Shown: piece by piece, positions 1 to 9,078 of the stretch | Numbering within the stretch: position 1 is the first letter of the stretch | Layout: each line of letters starts with the position of its first letter | DNA from: Deltaproteobacteria bacterium | Lineage (GTDB): Bacteria > Desulfobacterota > GWC2-55-46 | Assembly: GCA_016212705.1 (NCBI GenBank) | Contig: JACREU010000081.1 | Coordinates: 19,629 to 83,628, forward strand | Direction of reading: 5' to 3' | DNA length: 64,000 nucleotides | Program-made: the position numbers and the translations under genes | Notes under the pieces: generated by a model | Databases searched by the model: none | Seen by the model: only the letters and a program-made list of their open reading frames with translations | Told to the model about the DNA's origin: nothing

Positions 1-1
1 C

Positions 2-181
2 CCGGCCCCTGCCGCGCGCGCGTCTTTAAGGAAGATACTCTCCATAGGCGGAGAGGCGGGGCTCATAGCGATAAAAAGGACCGGCTCCTTCGCCATCATG
101 CACACGACTGCGTACATGGCCTGCGGCTACGCTGACGGGAAAGAGGTCGTCGTGAAGGATGGGTTCACGAAAGTCAAATGA
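2..181 (+). CDS. Isoaspartyl peptidase / L-asparaginase-family (Ntn hydrolase) protein, C-terminal fragment (5' end outside window)
   Basis: The frame is open from the window edge to TGA at 179-181. The tail ...KILSIGGEAGLIAIKRTGSFAIMHTTAYMACGYADGKEVVVKDGF resembles the GGxGG-IAxD...fnT..M C-terminal block of plant-type asparaginases. It is missing from the ORF track because it is truncated. Confidence 0.4.
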   Translation, partial: PAPAARASLRKILSIGGEAGLIAIKRTGSFAIMHTTAYMACGYADGKEVVVKDGFTKVK

Positions 182-235
182 GGAAAAACACTCTGGTGGA
201 GGGCTTCCCTGAAGGCAATGGCCTTGACACCCGCC

Positions 236-565
236 TCACCTCTCCGCGAGCATGAACAGGAGCTCCGTTATTTTTGATACCTTTTCTATCGAATGCGCTT
301 CGCCTGGCTCGACTACGAGGCACGAGCCTTTCTTCAGCAAGACCTCTTCCCCTTTAACCCTGAAGACGCACTCGCCCTTTACGCAATAGAAGACCTCGAA
401 GGCGTCTTCGTGCGAGTGCGTAAAGGCCGTGTCCCCCGGCCTGAATATCGCCTGGCTCAAATGCCTGAGGCACGAAACCGGCTCGTCCACAAGCACCCGC
501 TTAACAAGCGCCGGGTTGTGCCTTATGGGCATAACTTTTGAGGTTTTAAGGTCTGAGCGTCTCAT
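236..565 (-). CDS. Cupin-domain protein
   Basis: 109-aa ORF with one cupin barrel: FRPGDTAFTHSHEDAFEVFY (G-x5-H-x-H-x3-E) and VVEPGEAHSI (P-G-x2-H). It starts 5 nt after the RCC1-repeat gene stop on the same strand. Confidence 0.7.
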   Translation of the reverse strand: MRRSDLKTSKVMPIRHNPALVKRVLVDEPVSCLRHLSQAIFRPGDTAFTHSHEDAFEVFYCVKGECVFRVKGEEVLLKKGSCLVVEPGEAHSIEKVSKITELLFMLAER

Positions 566-570
566 TAATC

Positions 571-1815
571 CTACTCAACGCTCACGGGAGTAAGCGAGTC
601 TATCCCGGACCCGTCGCCGAGCTGGCCGTACGAGTTCTCCCCCCAGCACTTCGCGCTTGCATCAGTTATGCGCGCGCACGAGTGGAAGAGCCCGGCGTCC
701 ACGGACGTCGCGTTCGTAACGCCTGAGGCCGATACCGGCACTATCGTCGAGGTAGAGGAGGCGCCGATGCCAGGCGGATCGAAGCCGATGGTCGATCCGT
801 TCCCGAGCTGACCGAACGCGTTCTCGCCCCAGCAACGGACCCTCCCCTCCGCTACTATCGCGCAGGTATGGTCGCCGCCCGCGGCGACCGAAGCCGCGGT
901 CGATATAGAGGACGAGGCGGCTGTTACCGGAACCGTTGAGACCGTAATCTCAACGAGCGGGCTGAGCGATATGAGCGTCCAGGAGACTCCGAGCTGTCCT
1001 CCGGTGTTGTCCCCCCAGCACTCGATTGTGCCGTTGGAGACGACGGCGCAGGTGTGGTTCGCACCGGCTGAAACCTGAGTGGCGCCTGTGAGGCCCTGGA
1101 CCGCGACAGGCACGCTGGAGTTGATTATAGCCCCGTTCCCGAGCTGGCCAAAGGCATTCTCGCCCCAGCAACGGGCCGTGCCGTCGTTTAGAAGCGCGCA
1201 GGTGTGGTTGCCCCCGGCCGAGACCGAAGCCGCGCTCGTAATCGACGAGACCTGGACAGGGGTCGAGGAGTTCGCCGTCGTACCGTTCCCGAGCTGGCTG
1301 GATGAGTTTGACCCCCAGCACATGACCGCCCCGTTCTGCAACGCCGCGCAGGTATGGTCGCCGCCGGCCGATACGGATACCGCGCTCGTTATGCCTATGG
1401 GCGCAAACGGTCCCGTAGAACTTGAGTTCGACGCGTTCCCGAGCTGTCCGCTTGAGTTATCCCCCCAGCAACGGAGCGTCCCGTCTGATAGGCGCGCGCA
1501 GGTGTGCGCGCCGCCGCCCGTCATCTCGACGACGCCGGAAAGCCCTGCCACCTCCACCGGCACGAGAGATTGCAACGGGGTGGTGTTCCCGAGCTGTCCG
1601 ATGTTGTTCCTGCCCCAGCATTCGGCAAGGCCGTCGGAAAGGGACGAGCAGGAATGCGCGTCGCCGAGGGCGACGGAAATAGCTCTCGTCGATGCGCCGG
1701 TCACGATGTCCGTTTTTTCTATGTCGGCGCAGGCGGTAAACAGGGCCGCCGCCGCCAACGCTGTGATTATCCTTGCGAAAACAGCCCTCATGCGCGCCTC
1801 CGGAAGCGTAAACAT
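571..1815 (-). CDS. RCC1-repeat (beta-propeller) lipoprotein
   Basis: 414-aa ORF with a signal peptide and lipobox (AAALFTAC). Seven ~50-aa repeats each end C-W-G-x-N-x-x-G-Q-L-G. The repeats show at DNA level as ~150-bp periodic gttcccgagctg...ccccagca blocks. The true start may be the internal MRAVFARI. Confidence 0.8.
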   Translation of the reverse strand: MFTLPEARMRAVFARIITALAAAALFTACADIEKTDIVTGASTRAISVALGDAHSCSSLSDGLAECWGRNNIGQLGNTTPLQSLVPVEVAGLSGVVEMTGGGAHTCARLSDGTLRCWGDNSSGQLGNASNSSSTGPFAPIGITSAVSVSAGGDHTCAALQNGAVMCWGSNSSSQLGNGTTANSSTPVQVSSITSAASVSAGGNHTCALLNDGTARCWGENAFGQLGNGAIINSSVPVAVQGLTGATQVSAGANHTCAVVSNGTIECWGDNTGGQLGVSWTLISLSPLVEITVSTVPVTAASSSISTAASVAAGGDHTCAIVAEGRVRCWGENAFGQLGNGSTIGFDPPGIGASSTSTIVPVSASGVTNATSVDAGLFHSCARITDASAKCWGENSYGQLGDGSGIDSLTPVSVE

Positions 1816-1978
1816 TGTAAAGTATCACTCTAAAAAAAGAGATTGTCAATAGACCCCGCTCCGATGCGGCCGCCTGATAAATGGCAGATAAGGCCGAGAG
1901 AGGGCCGGTTCCATTTGACATTTGGAGAGCGCTTCTGTTATCTTAGGAAGATTGAACCCTTAGGAGCGCCATCAAGGG

Positions 1979-3379
1979 ATGAGCAAGGGCAGGATTCTCG
2001 TAGTAGACGACGACGCATTCTTCAGGGTCCTCTGTGCCGACATACTCACGAGCGGGGGATTTTTCGTCAAGACCGCGACCACCGGGGTCGAGGCGGTGAA
2101 TATCGTCGAGACCGAGCCCATGGATATCGTCATAACGGACCTCGTCATGCCGGACATCGACGGCATGGAGGTCCTGGAGCGCACCAAGCAGCACAACACC
2201 CTCATAGACGTGATAGTCGTCACCGGCCACGGCTCCATAGAGACGGCCATCGCCGCCCTGAAGACCGGGGCCTTCGACTACATCAGAAAACCCCTCAACG
2301 AAGACGAACTCCTCCACACCGTAAACAGCTGCATGGAGAAGAAAAAACTCCTTGAAGAAAACCAGGAGATGAGGCAGTCGCTCAAACTCTTCGAGGTATC
2401 GAGGGCCGTCACCGCCACGCTCGACATAAGCAAGCTCTACAACGTAACGCTCGACGCGCTCCTTCAGATCGTCCCCGGCGAAGCGGGGATCATCTTCTTC
2501 TACGAGGAAGAGATGAAAAAACTCGAGATAAAGGCGATCCGCCACCTCGGGCTCAACTCGGGCGAGCGCGTCGTCGAGGCCTTCAAACACAGGTACGAAA
2601 AGGAGCTCAAAGACCTCTCCAATATAAGCGTCATCTCGAGGGCGGAGCTTAATAGCGACGAAGAGGCGCTCTCCGACTTCGACTCCTTCCTCATCGCTCC
2701 GCTTGTGAAGGGTCAGTCCAACATGGGCTTCATCCTCATACTCGGCAAGGGGGGGAAAGAGGTATACTCGCTCCGCGAGATAAAGAACGCGACATTCATA
2801 GTGGAGCACTCCGCCGGCGCCTTCGAGAACGCGCAAAAGTACGCCGAGGCCAAGGAGATGGCCTTCATCGACTCGCTCACCAACCTCTACAACGCGAAGT
2901 ACCTCGACAACGCGCTGGACAAGGAGCTAAAACGCGCGGACAGGCTCATGATGCCTGTAACCGTCCTCTTCCTCGACCTCGACAACTTCAAGCGCATAAA
3001 CGACCAGAACGACCACCTCGTCGGAAGCAGGGTCCTCGTCGAGGTGGGGAAGATCCTCCTGAAATGCGTCCGCGAGGTCGATACCGTCATCCGGTACGGA
3101 GGGGACGAATACGTGGTAATACTCGTCGACGCCGACTACCACGTCGCCATGCGCGTCGCCGAAAGGATAAGGCTCACGATAGAGAAACACGGGTTCATCG
3201 AGGAAGAAGGCCTCAACCTCCACATAACCGCGTCCATTGGCATAGCCACCTACCCCATCCATACAAAAGACAAAAAAGAACTCTTGAAGATCGCGGACAA
3301 GGCCATGTACCGCGCAAAAGACCTCTCAAGGAACGTCGTCTACCTCGCCCCGGTCCCGGGCGCGCCTGCCAAGAAGTAG
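1979..3379 (+). CDS. Response regulator receiver - GAF-like - GGDEF diguanylate cyclase
   Basis: N-terminal receiver (ILVVDDD...ITDLVMPDIDG...IRKP), a central GAF-like segment, and a C-terminal GGDEF domain. An RxxD I-site (REVD) sits five residues before a GGDEY variant motif (3098-3112). Confidence 0.9.
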   Translation: MSKGRILVVDDDAFFRVLCADILTSGGFFVKTATTGVEAVNIVETEPMDIVITDLVMPDIDGMEVLERTKQHNTLIDVIVVTGHGSIETAIAALKTGAFDYIRKPLNEDELLHTVNSCMEKKKLLEENQEMRQSLKLFEVSRAVTATLDISKLYNVTLDALLQIVPGEAGIIFFYEEEMKKLEIKAIRHLGLNSGERVVEAFKHRYEKELKDLSNISVISRAELNSDEEALSDFDSFLIAPLVKGQSNMGFILILGKGGKEVYSLREIKNATFIVEHSAGAFENAQKYAEAKEMAFIDSLTNLYNAKYLDNALDKELKRADRLMMPVTVLFLDLDNFKRINDQNDHLVGSRVLVEVGKILLKCVREVDTVIRYGGDEYVVILVDADYHVAMRVAERIRLTIEKHGFIEEEGLNLHITASIGIATYPIHTKDKKELLKIADKAMYRAKDLSRNVVYLAPVPGAPAKK

Positions 3380-3424
3380 CCACGAACACGAAAAACATTG
3401 AGGGAAACTTTCTGTAGAAAGTTG

Positions 3425-3515
3425 TACTCGGCGCACCGCCAATTATCAATCGGAGCCTTTGCGGGTATCGGAATTATTCGCTGATTGATATGGAATCGCC
3501 CGTCCGGTGAGGTCC
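3425..3515 (+). repeat. Copy of ~90-bp dispersed intergenic repeat family
   Basis: Starts tactcggcgcaccgccaatt and ends gaatcgcccgtccggtgaggtcc. The termini match copies at 9079, 9169, 11179, 37961, 44966 and (reversed) 44765/44857. Confidence 0.7.
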
Positions 3516-3541
3516 CCCAAGCCCCCTTCAAAGACTTTTAG

Positions 3542-3637
3542 TTCCAGAAAAGACCCCCCCCAACTAATTCATCCAAAGGTAAATAATCAGATTTGCCAAA
3601 AGCCTTCGATATTCTTGTGGGGGGGTCTTTTCTGGAA
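3542..3637. repeat. 19-bp perfect inverted repeat (long hairpin) in a convergent intergenic region
   Basis: ttccagaaaagaccccccc (3542-3560) is the exact reverse complement of gggggggtcttttctggaa (3619-3637), with a 58-nt loop. Confidence 0.8.
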
Positions 3638-3807
3638 GAACTGAAAATTTTTGAAGAGAGTCTGAGAGGTCCGTTCCGGACTGGTAAAATCCATCCCCAT
3701 CGGCTATTGCTCAATATGTCCCGGAAAACACCGATTCGCGAACCTGCCGTGCGCAAGCACCTTTTTATAAAAAGTTTCTCTCAGGAACTTCAATCCTGCC
3801 GCTCCGG

Positions 3808-6800
3808 TCACGCCCGGGGCATTTCCATGGCGAGGGTGCGGATCCGTCTGATGTCTATCTTGCCCGTTGCGGTGGAGGGGATTTCGTCTATCTGGTAGAG
3901 GTCTTCGCGTTTGGGGAGCCAGAGTTTGGGGAGCCCTGTTGCGAGGAGTTTTTCCCGGACCTCGGCGGGCGTTGCCTTCCCGGTGTAAAAGGCTATTATG
4001 CGTTCCCCGCGTTCCTCGTCGGGTAGCGCCGTTACCGCGCAGTTGCAGTCGCCGAGGGCTTTCGAGATAGTCTCCTCTATCATGATGTGCGGGACCATCT
4101 CCCCTCCGATTTTTGAGAAGCGCGAGAGCCTGTCGGTTATCTTTATGAACCCGTCGTCGCCTATTGAGGCGATGTCGCCCGTCACGTACCAGCCTCCCCG
4201 CATGACCTCCCTTGTGGCGTTCTCGTCGTTCAGGTAGCCCTGCATGAGGCTCGGCCCTTTTATGAGGAGGAGCCCTTCCCTGCCTGCGGGGACCTCGTTG
4301 CCGGTCTCTGGGTTAACGACCTTTACGGCGACGCCGGGGATGGCGTGGCCTACGGTCCCGGGGACGTAGCCGGTCTGTTTGACGCTCTCGTGCTCGACGT
4401 CGGGTATGTTGACAGAGACGACCGGGGCGAGCTCGGTGCAGCCGTAGCCTTCGAGGAGCTCGACGCCGAACTTTTCCTTGAAGGCCCAGGCTATGTGCGC
4501 GCGGAGCTTTTCGGCGCCTGCTATGGCGTAGCGGAGCGTGGAGAACTCATGCGCGTGGCACTTCCTGACATAGGCTGAGTACAAGGTCGGGGTGCCTATC
4601 ATGACGGTCGCCTTATATTTGGCTGAGAGCTCTCCGACGGTCCTCGCGTCAAGAGGGTTAGCGTGGTAGACGGCGGCGAAGCCGGAGATGAGCGGGTACC
4701 AGAGCGTGCCGGTGAAGCCGAAGGAATGGAAGTACGGGAGCGCCCCCATTAAAACATCCTTGTCCGAAGTGACGAAGAGTTGAGAGAAACCCTCGATGTT
4801 CGAAACTATGTTGTGATGCGTGAGCATGACGCCCTTGGGCTGGCCCGTTGAGCCGGACGTGTAGATGATGGTGGCGAGCCTTCCGGGGTCGGCCTCGCCC
4901 TTACAGTAGATCGCCTCAAGGACCCTTAGCGGGAGGACGAAGGCGAGGGCAACGGTCAATAGCTTGTCAGCCGGGGAGAACGAGAGAGCGATGTCTTCGA
5001 TAAAGGCCATGTTCCCGGCCTCCTCGATCCCCGCCTTTGAGAGGAACGCCCTCGAGGTGATGACCGTCTTTATGCCGCTCGCTTCAATGGACGAGTCGAG
5101 GGCGTCCTTGCCGGAGAAGAAGTTCAGGTTCACAGGGACCTTGCCCGCGACGAGCACCGCGATATTGGCGAGCGCCCCGGCGACGGACGACGGCAACATG
5201 AGCCCGACCTTTTCATCCTCTTTAAGGTTCTTGCCGATCCATTTGGAGAGGAGAAGCGAGGAAACCAGCGTTTTCCCCCAGGTGAGCTTCCTGCCGGTGG
5301 AATCCGCCATGCAGAAAGAGAACCAGCGCGCCTTCGCGGTCTTTATGAAACGCAGGTGCAGGAGGTCGCGTTTGGCCCTCCTGTGGACGACGGCCTCGCT
5401 CCCGAGCTCCATAACCGCCTGCCTTACCTCCTGCGAGGTCGCGCCGGTCGTCATGGGCCTGCCGAAAGATACCGTCACGTGGTGCGGGAACTCGCCCGGC
5501 CACTTCCAGAAGAACCTGCCGTCCTTGAAGCTGAAGACCGAGCCCCATACCCTGTCGAGGTGTACGGGGATTATCGGCACGTCGAGCCCTTCGACTATGC
5601 GCTCGAAGCCCTTCTTGAAGGGCTGGAGGTTGCCGGTCCTGCTTATCGCGCCCTCGGCGAATATGCAGACGATGTGGCCGTCTTTAAGCTCCTCCCTCGC
5701 CTTCTGGATGGATTTGAGGACGTCTCTCCTGTTGCCGTCGGTTATGGGGATGCACTTCATTATGCGGAGCAGCCAGTTTATGGCCTTTATGTCGTAGAAG
5801 TACCTGTGGATCATGAAGCGGACGAAACGCTGGACGCAGGCGCCGACGAGGAAGCCGTCGGCAAACGACAGGTGGTTCGAAACCAAAAGCGCCGGCCCCT
5901 TGAAGGGGACGTTCTCCTCGCCCACTACCCGTATCTTGTAGAGCGTGTGCGTGAGGAGCCAGAGGGTGAAACGGATGAGGAAGTCCGGGAGGTACTTCAT
6001 CATGAAAAGGGTGCTTAAGAGCGTCACAACGCCGAATATTAAAATAATGTCGTCGGCGCTGATCGCGAGCTTGTCCTTCATTATCCAGAAGATGCCCGAG
6101 GCCCCGAGTATGCCCGCGACCGAAACGAAGTTGGTGGTGGCCACAAGGCGGCCTTTCTCCGTTGCCCCCGCCTTTTGCTGAAGGAGCGCGTTCATCGGGA
6201 CTATGGCGAGGCCGCCGGTGAAACCGAGCATGATGAGGGCCGCGGCGGTCTTCGGGTACGACTCGCCGGAGTAGGAGAGGAGGACCGCGAAGAGGCCCAT
6301 GCCTAACGCTCCGACGGGGACGAGCCCGAGCTCGACCTTGTCGCCGGAGAGCGTCCCCGCCGCAATGGAGCCTATGCCGATGCCGATGGCGAGGAAGGTG
6401 ATGAGGATGCCGATCCACAGGTCGTTCAGATGCATGATCTCCTTGCCGAGGAGGAGGATGTCCATCTGGAGGAGCGCGCCGAGGAACCAGAAGTAGGCTA
6501 TGCCCCCCACGGTGAGCATGAGGATCTTGTCCTCAAAGAGCCGCTTTATCCCCGAGCCTATCTCGCCCCAGGGGTTTAGCTCGAACTTTTTCTTCGCCCC
6601 GGAGCTGGGGACGCGGGTTATGCCGAAGCTCGTAAGAGTCCCCGCGATTGCGATGGCGACGAGGAAGACGCCGACGTAGACGAGCTTGTCCTTCCAGGCT
6701 GAAAAAATTATCGCGCCCGTGGAGGTCCCGATGATTATGGCGAAAAAGGTGGTAAGCTCGAGTATGCCGTTGGCGCGGGACAGGTCCCTGTCAGGGAGCA

Positions 6801-7200
6801 TCTCCGGGACTATCCCGTACTTGGCCGGGCCGAAGAAGGTGGAATGTAGGGCCATCAGGAAGAGGGTAACGAGCATGAACTCGATCCTCCCCGTCCAGAA
6901 GGCGAAGAGGCCGAAGGTTACCGCCGCTATCTCGAAGAACTTGGCGCCTATGAGTACGGTCCTCTTGTTATAGACGTCGGCGACGTAACCGGCGTAACCC
7001 GAGAAGAAAAAGAACGGGAGGATAAAGACCGCGCCGACGAGCGAGACATAGGCACCGGACCCCTCTGCCGCCATATTGACCGCTATCATGGAAAGGACAA
7101 TTTTAAAGACGTTGTCGTTATACGCGCCCAGGAACTGGGTCCATATATACGACTGGAAGCCGAAAGACTTGAAAAGGTCCTTGTACCTGCCGACGGTCAT
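3808..7200 (-). CDS. Triple fusion: LplT-like MFS permease + PlsC-type acyltransferase + acyl-ACP synthetase (Aas-like) - lysophospholipid recycling protein
   Basis: 1130-aa ORF. The N-terminal ~400 aa are polytopic and MFS-like. The middle carries an HX4D acyltransferase box (SNHLSFADGF). The C-terminal half carries AMP-binding motifs (YTSGSTGQPKGVMLTHHN, EGYGCTE, YVTGDIA). Confidence 0.85.
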   Translation of the reverse strand: MTVGRYKDLFKSFGFQSYIWTQFLGAYNDNVFKIVLSMIAVNMAAEGSGAYVSLVGAVFILPFFFFSGYAGYVADVYNKRTVLIGAKFFEIAAVTFGLFAFWTGRIEFMLVTLFLMALHSTFFGPAKYGIVPEMLPDRDLSRANGILELTTFFAIIIGTSTGAIIFSAWKDKLVYVGVFLVAIAIAGTLTSFGITRVPSSGAKKKFELNPWGEIGSGIKRLFEDKILMLTVGGIAYFWFLGALLQMDILLLGKEIMHLNDLWIGILITFLAIGIGIGSIAAGTLSGDKVELGLVPVGALGMGLFAVLLSYSGESYPKTAAALIMLGFTGGLAIVPMNALLQQKAGATEKGRLVATTNFVSVAGILGASGIFWIMKDKLAISADDIILIFGVVTLLSTLFMMKYLPDFLIRFTLWLLTHTLYKIRVVGEENVPFKGPALLVSNHLSFADGFLVGACVQRFVRFMIHRYFYDIKAINWLLRIMKCIPITDGNRRDVLKSIQKAREELKDGHIVCIFAEGAISRTGNLQPFKKGFERIVEGLDVPIIPVHLDRVWGSVFSFKDGRFFWKWPGEFPHHVTVSFGRPMTTGATSQEVRQAVMELGSEAVVHRRAKRDLLHLRFIKTAKARWFSFCMADSTGRKLTWGKTLVSSLLLSKWIGKNLKEDEKVGLMLPSSVAGALANIAVLVAGKVPVNLNFFSGKDALDSSIEASGIKTVITSRAFLSKAGIEEAGNMAFIEDIALSFSPADKLLTVALAFVLPLRVLEAIYCKGEADPGRLATIIYTSGSTGQPKGVMLTHHNIVSNIEGFSQLFVTSDKDVLMGALPYFHSFGFTGTLWYPLISGFAAVYHANPLDARTVGELSAKYKATVMIGTPTLYSAYVRKCHAHEFSTLRYAIAGAEKLRAHIAWAFKEKFGVELLEGYGCTELAPVVSVNIPDVEHESVKQTGYVPGTVGHAIPGVAVKVVNPETGNEVPAGREGLLLIKGPSLMQGYLNDENATREVMRGGWYVTGDIASIGDDGFIKITDRLSRFSKIGGEMVPHIMIEETISKALGDCNCAVTALPDEERGERIIAFYTGKATPAEVREKLLATGLPKLWLPKREDLYQIDEIPSTATGKIDIRRIRTLAMEMPRA

Positions 7201-7384
7201 CGGGGTTTAAGCTCCAAGCGGACAAACGATGGAATTTTAAAGGGAAACAATCGCAGATTATACTACGGTTCCACGCGCATGTATATAATTATAGAGGCAT
7301 AATGCCGCAGTCTGAGGGCCAGGACTTAAAACGGCAGGGGGAGAGGCCGAAGGGCGGGGCTTAACTGTTTAAAAAAAACGCTTT

Positions 7385-9034
7385 TCATATCCCTGTTATC
7401 CTGCCCTCGGCGTCCACGTCCATAAGCTCCGCCCTCGGGCTCGAAGGCAAACCCGGCATGAGGAGTATGTCCCCGCACTCGACTACGAGGTATCCGGCGC
7501 CGAGCGCGGGCCTTATCCTTTTTACCTTGAGCGTGAACAGGACTGGCCTGCCGAGGAGTTTCGGGTTATCAGAGAGCGACCTCGGCGTCTTGGCTATGCA
7601 GACCGGCAGGGCGCCGCATCCGAGGCGTTCGACGATTGCGAGGTCGCGTTTCGCCTCATCACAGAGCTCGACCTTCTCCGCCCCGTACATATTCATGGCG
7701 ATGGCGCCGATCTTCTCGATTACCGGCCCTTCGGTATTGTACAGGAACCTGAAAGCGCCCCCTTCCCCCGCCTTTTTAACGAGCCTCTCGGCGCAGTCGA
7801 CGCCTCCCGCTCCGCCCCTTTCAAAGCAGTCGACTATCGAGGCCTCCGCGCCCATAGCCTTTATCATCGAGGCGAGCGCGTCTATTTCGTGGTCGTCGTC
7901 CTCAGGGCGCCTGTTGACGGCTACGACGAAAGGGACGCCGAAAGAGCGGACATTCTCGATATGCTTGCCGAGGTTATCAAGCCCCTTTTTCAGGGCGTCC
8001 GTGTCTTTTTTTAGATAATCAGCGGCGCCCCCGTGTAAACGGAGCGCCCTTGTCGTGGCTATTATGACCACGGCGTCCGGTTTAAGCCCCCCTGCCCTGC
8101 ATTTTATATCAAAGAACTTTTCCGCCCCGAGCTCGGTTGAAAACCCGGCCTCGGTAATAACATAATCCGATACCTTCAAGGCAAGAGAGGTGGAGACGAG
8201 GCTGTTGCACCCGAGCGAAATATTCCCGAAGGGCCCGCCGTGGATAAAGACCGGGGAGCCTTCGTTCGTTTGCACGAGATTCGGGTGTATAGCGGACCTC
8301 ATGAGCGCGGTGACGGCCCCTCCTATCTTGAGGTCGTTGACCGTTACCGGCCTTCCGTCCCTGTCGAGCGCAAGGAGGATATTACCCACGCGGGCCTTGA
8401 ACTCATCGAGGTCCCTTACAAGACATAAGGTCGACATCAATTCAGAGGCCGCGGATATGTGGAACTCATCCTCCCGCTCTTCCGCCGTGCCGGGGGAGAC
8501 GACTACCTTTCGGAGGGCCCTGTCGCTTATGGGGGCAACGCGCCTCCAGAATATATTGGCCGTATCTATGCCGAGCCTGTTCCCGTAATGGATGTGATTG
8601 TCGAGGACGGATGAAATGAGGTTATGTCCGGCGATGATTGCGTAATCGTCACCTGTAAACTGGAGCGCTATATCGTCGGGGGGAAGCGCCTGCGAATACC
8701 CGCCGCCCGTAGCCCCGCCCTTTGAGCCGAAGAACGGCCCTAAGGACGGTTGCCTTATGCAGGCCGAGGCGCAGAGCCCCAGGGCCCTGAAGGCCTGCGC
8801 AAGGCCGATTGTAACGGTCGTCTTCCCCTCTCCTGCAGGGGTGGGGGACATGGCGGTCACGAGGATGAGCCTTCCGTCTGGCCTCTTCTCCAGTTGCCGA
8901 TAGAGCGTGGTGCGTACCTTGGCGATGTTGGGGCCGTAGTGTATGAGCGCCTCCGCCGGTATGGCCAGGGACGCGGCTATCTCCTCGATGGGTCTGAGTG
9001 TTACGCCTTCGGCAATATCGCGGTCGCTCAGCAT
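7385..9034 (-). CDS. fhs: Formate--tetrahydrofolate ligase
   Basis: The track ORF is 670 aa, but the Fhs-like sequence begins at Met-122 (MLSDRDIAEGVTLRPIEEIA..., ATG at 9034) and the nucleotide-binding TPAGEGKTT is present. The 121 upstream codons run through intergenic repeat copies. Confidence 0.9.
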   Translation of the reverse strand: MLSDRDIAEGVTLRPIEEIAASLAIPAEALIHYGPNIAKVRTTLYRQLEKRPDGRLILVTAMSPTPAGEGKTTVTIGLAQAFRALGLCASACIRQPSLGPFFGSKGGATGGGYSQALPPDDIALQFTGDDYAIIAGHNLISSVLDNHIHYGNRLGIDTANIFWRRVAPISDRALRKVVVSPGTAEEREDEFHISAASELMSTLCLVRDLDEFKARVGNILLALDRDGRPVTVNDLKIGGAVTALMRSAIHPNLVQTNEGSPVFIHGGPFGNISLGCNSLVSTSLALKVSDYVITEAGFSTELGAEKFFDIKCRAGGLKPDAVVIIATTRALRLHGGAADYLKKDTDALKKGLDNLGKHIENVRSFGVPFVVAVNRRPEDDDHEIDALASMIKAMGAEASIVDCFERGGAGGVDCAERLVKKAGEGGAFRFLYNTEGPVIEKIGAIAMNMYGAEKVELCDEAKRDLAIVERLGCGALPVCIAKTPRSLSDNPKLLGRPVLFTLKVKRIRPALGAGYLVVECGDILLMPGLPSSPRAELMDVDAEGRITGI

Positions 9035-9078
9035 GGATAATTCGTAGCATACTCCTCCCAACGAGTCAACTGCTCGGG

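Noticed and set aside
1079-1852. A 257-aa plus-strand ORF and other ORFs (950-1321, 1422-1682, 1457-1921, 1504-1833) overlapping the RCC1-repeat gene.
   Set aside because: These are shadow ORFs antisense to or out of frame with a gene carrying seven clear RCC1 repeats and a lipoprotein signal. Their Arg/Pro/Ala-rich composition is typical of off-frame GC-rich sequence.
1943-2836. Long antisense ORFs inside well-supported genes: 1943-2836, 14071-14841, 31607-32422, 33883-34812, 34860-35357, 36695-37450, 52424-53293, 52987-53835, 11420-12070 and 5356-6018.
   Set aside because: Each lies opposite to or out of frame with a CDS carrying unambiguous family motifs (GGDEF, FBPase, ClpB, HtrA, SerS, rSAM, KamA, Aas). 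The translations are low-complexity and rich in Arg/Gly/Glu/Val.
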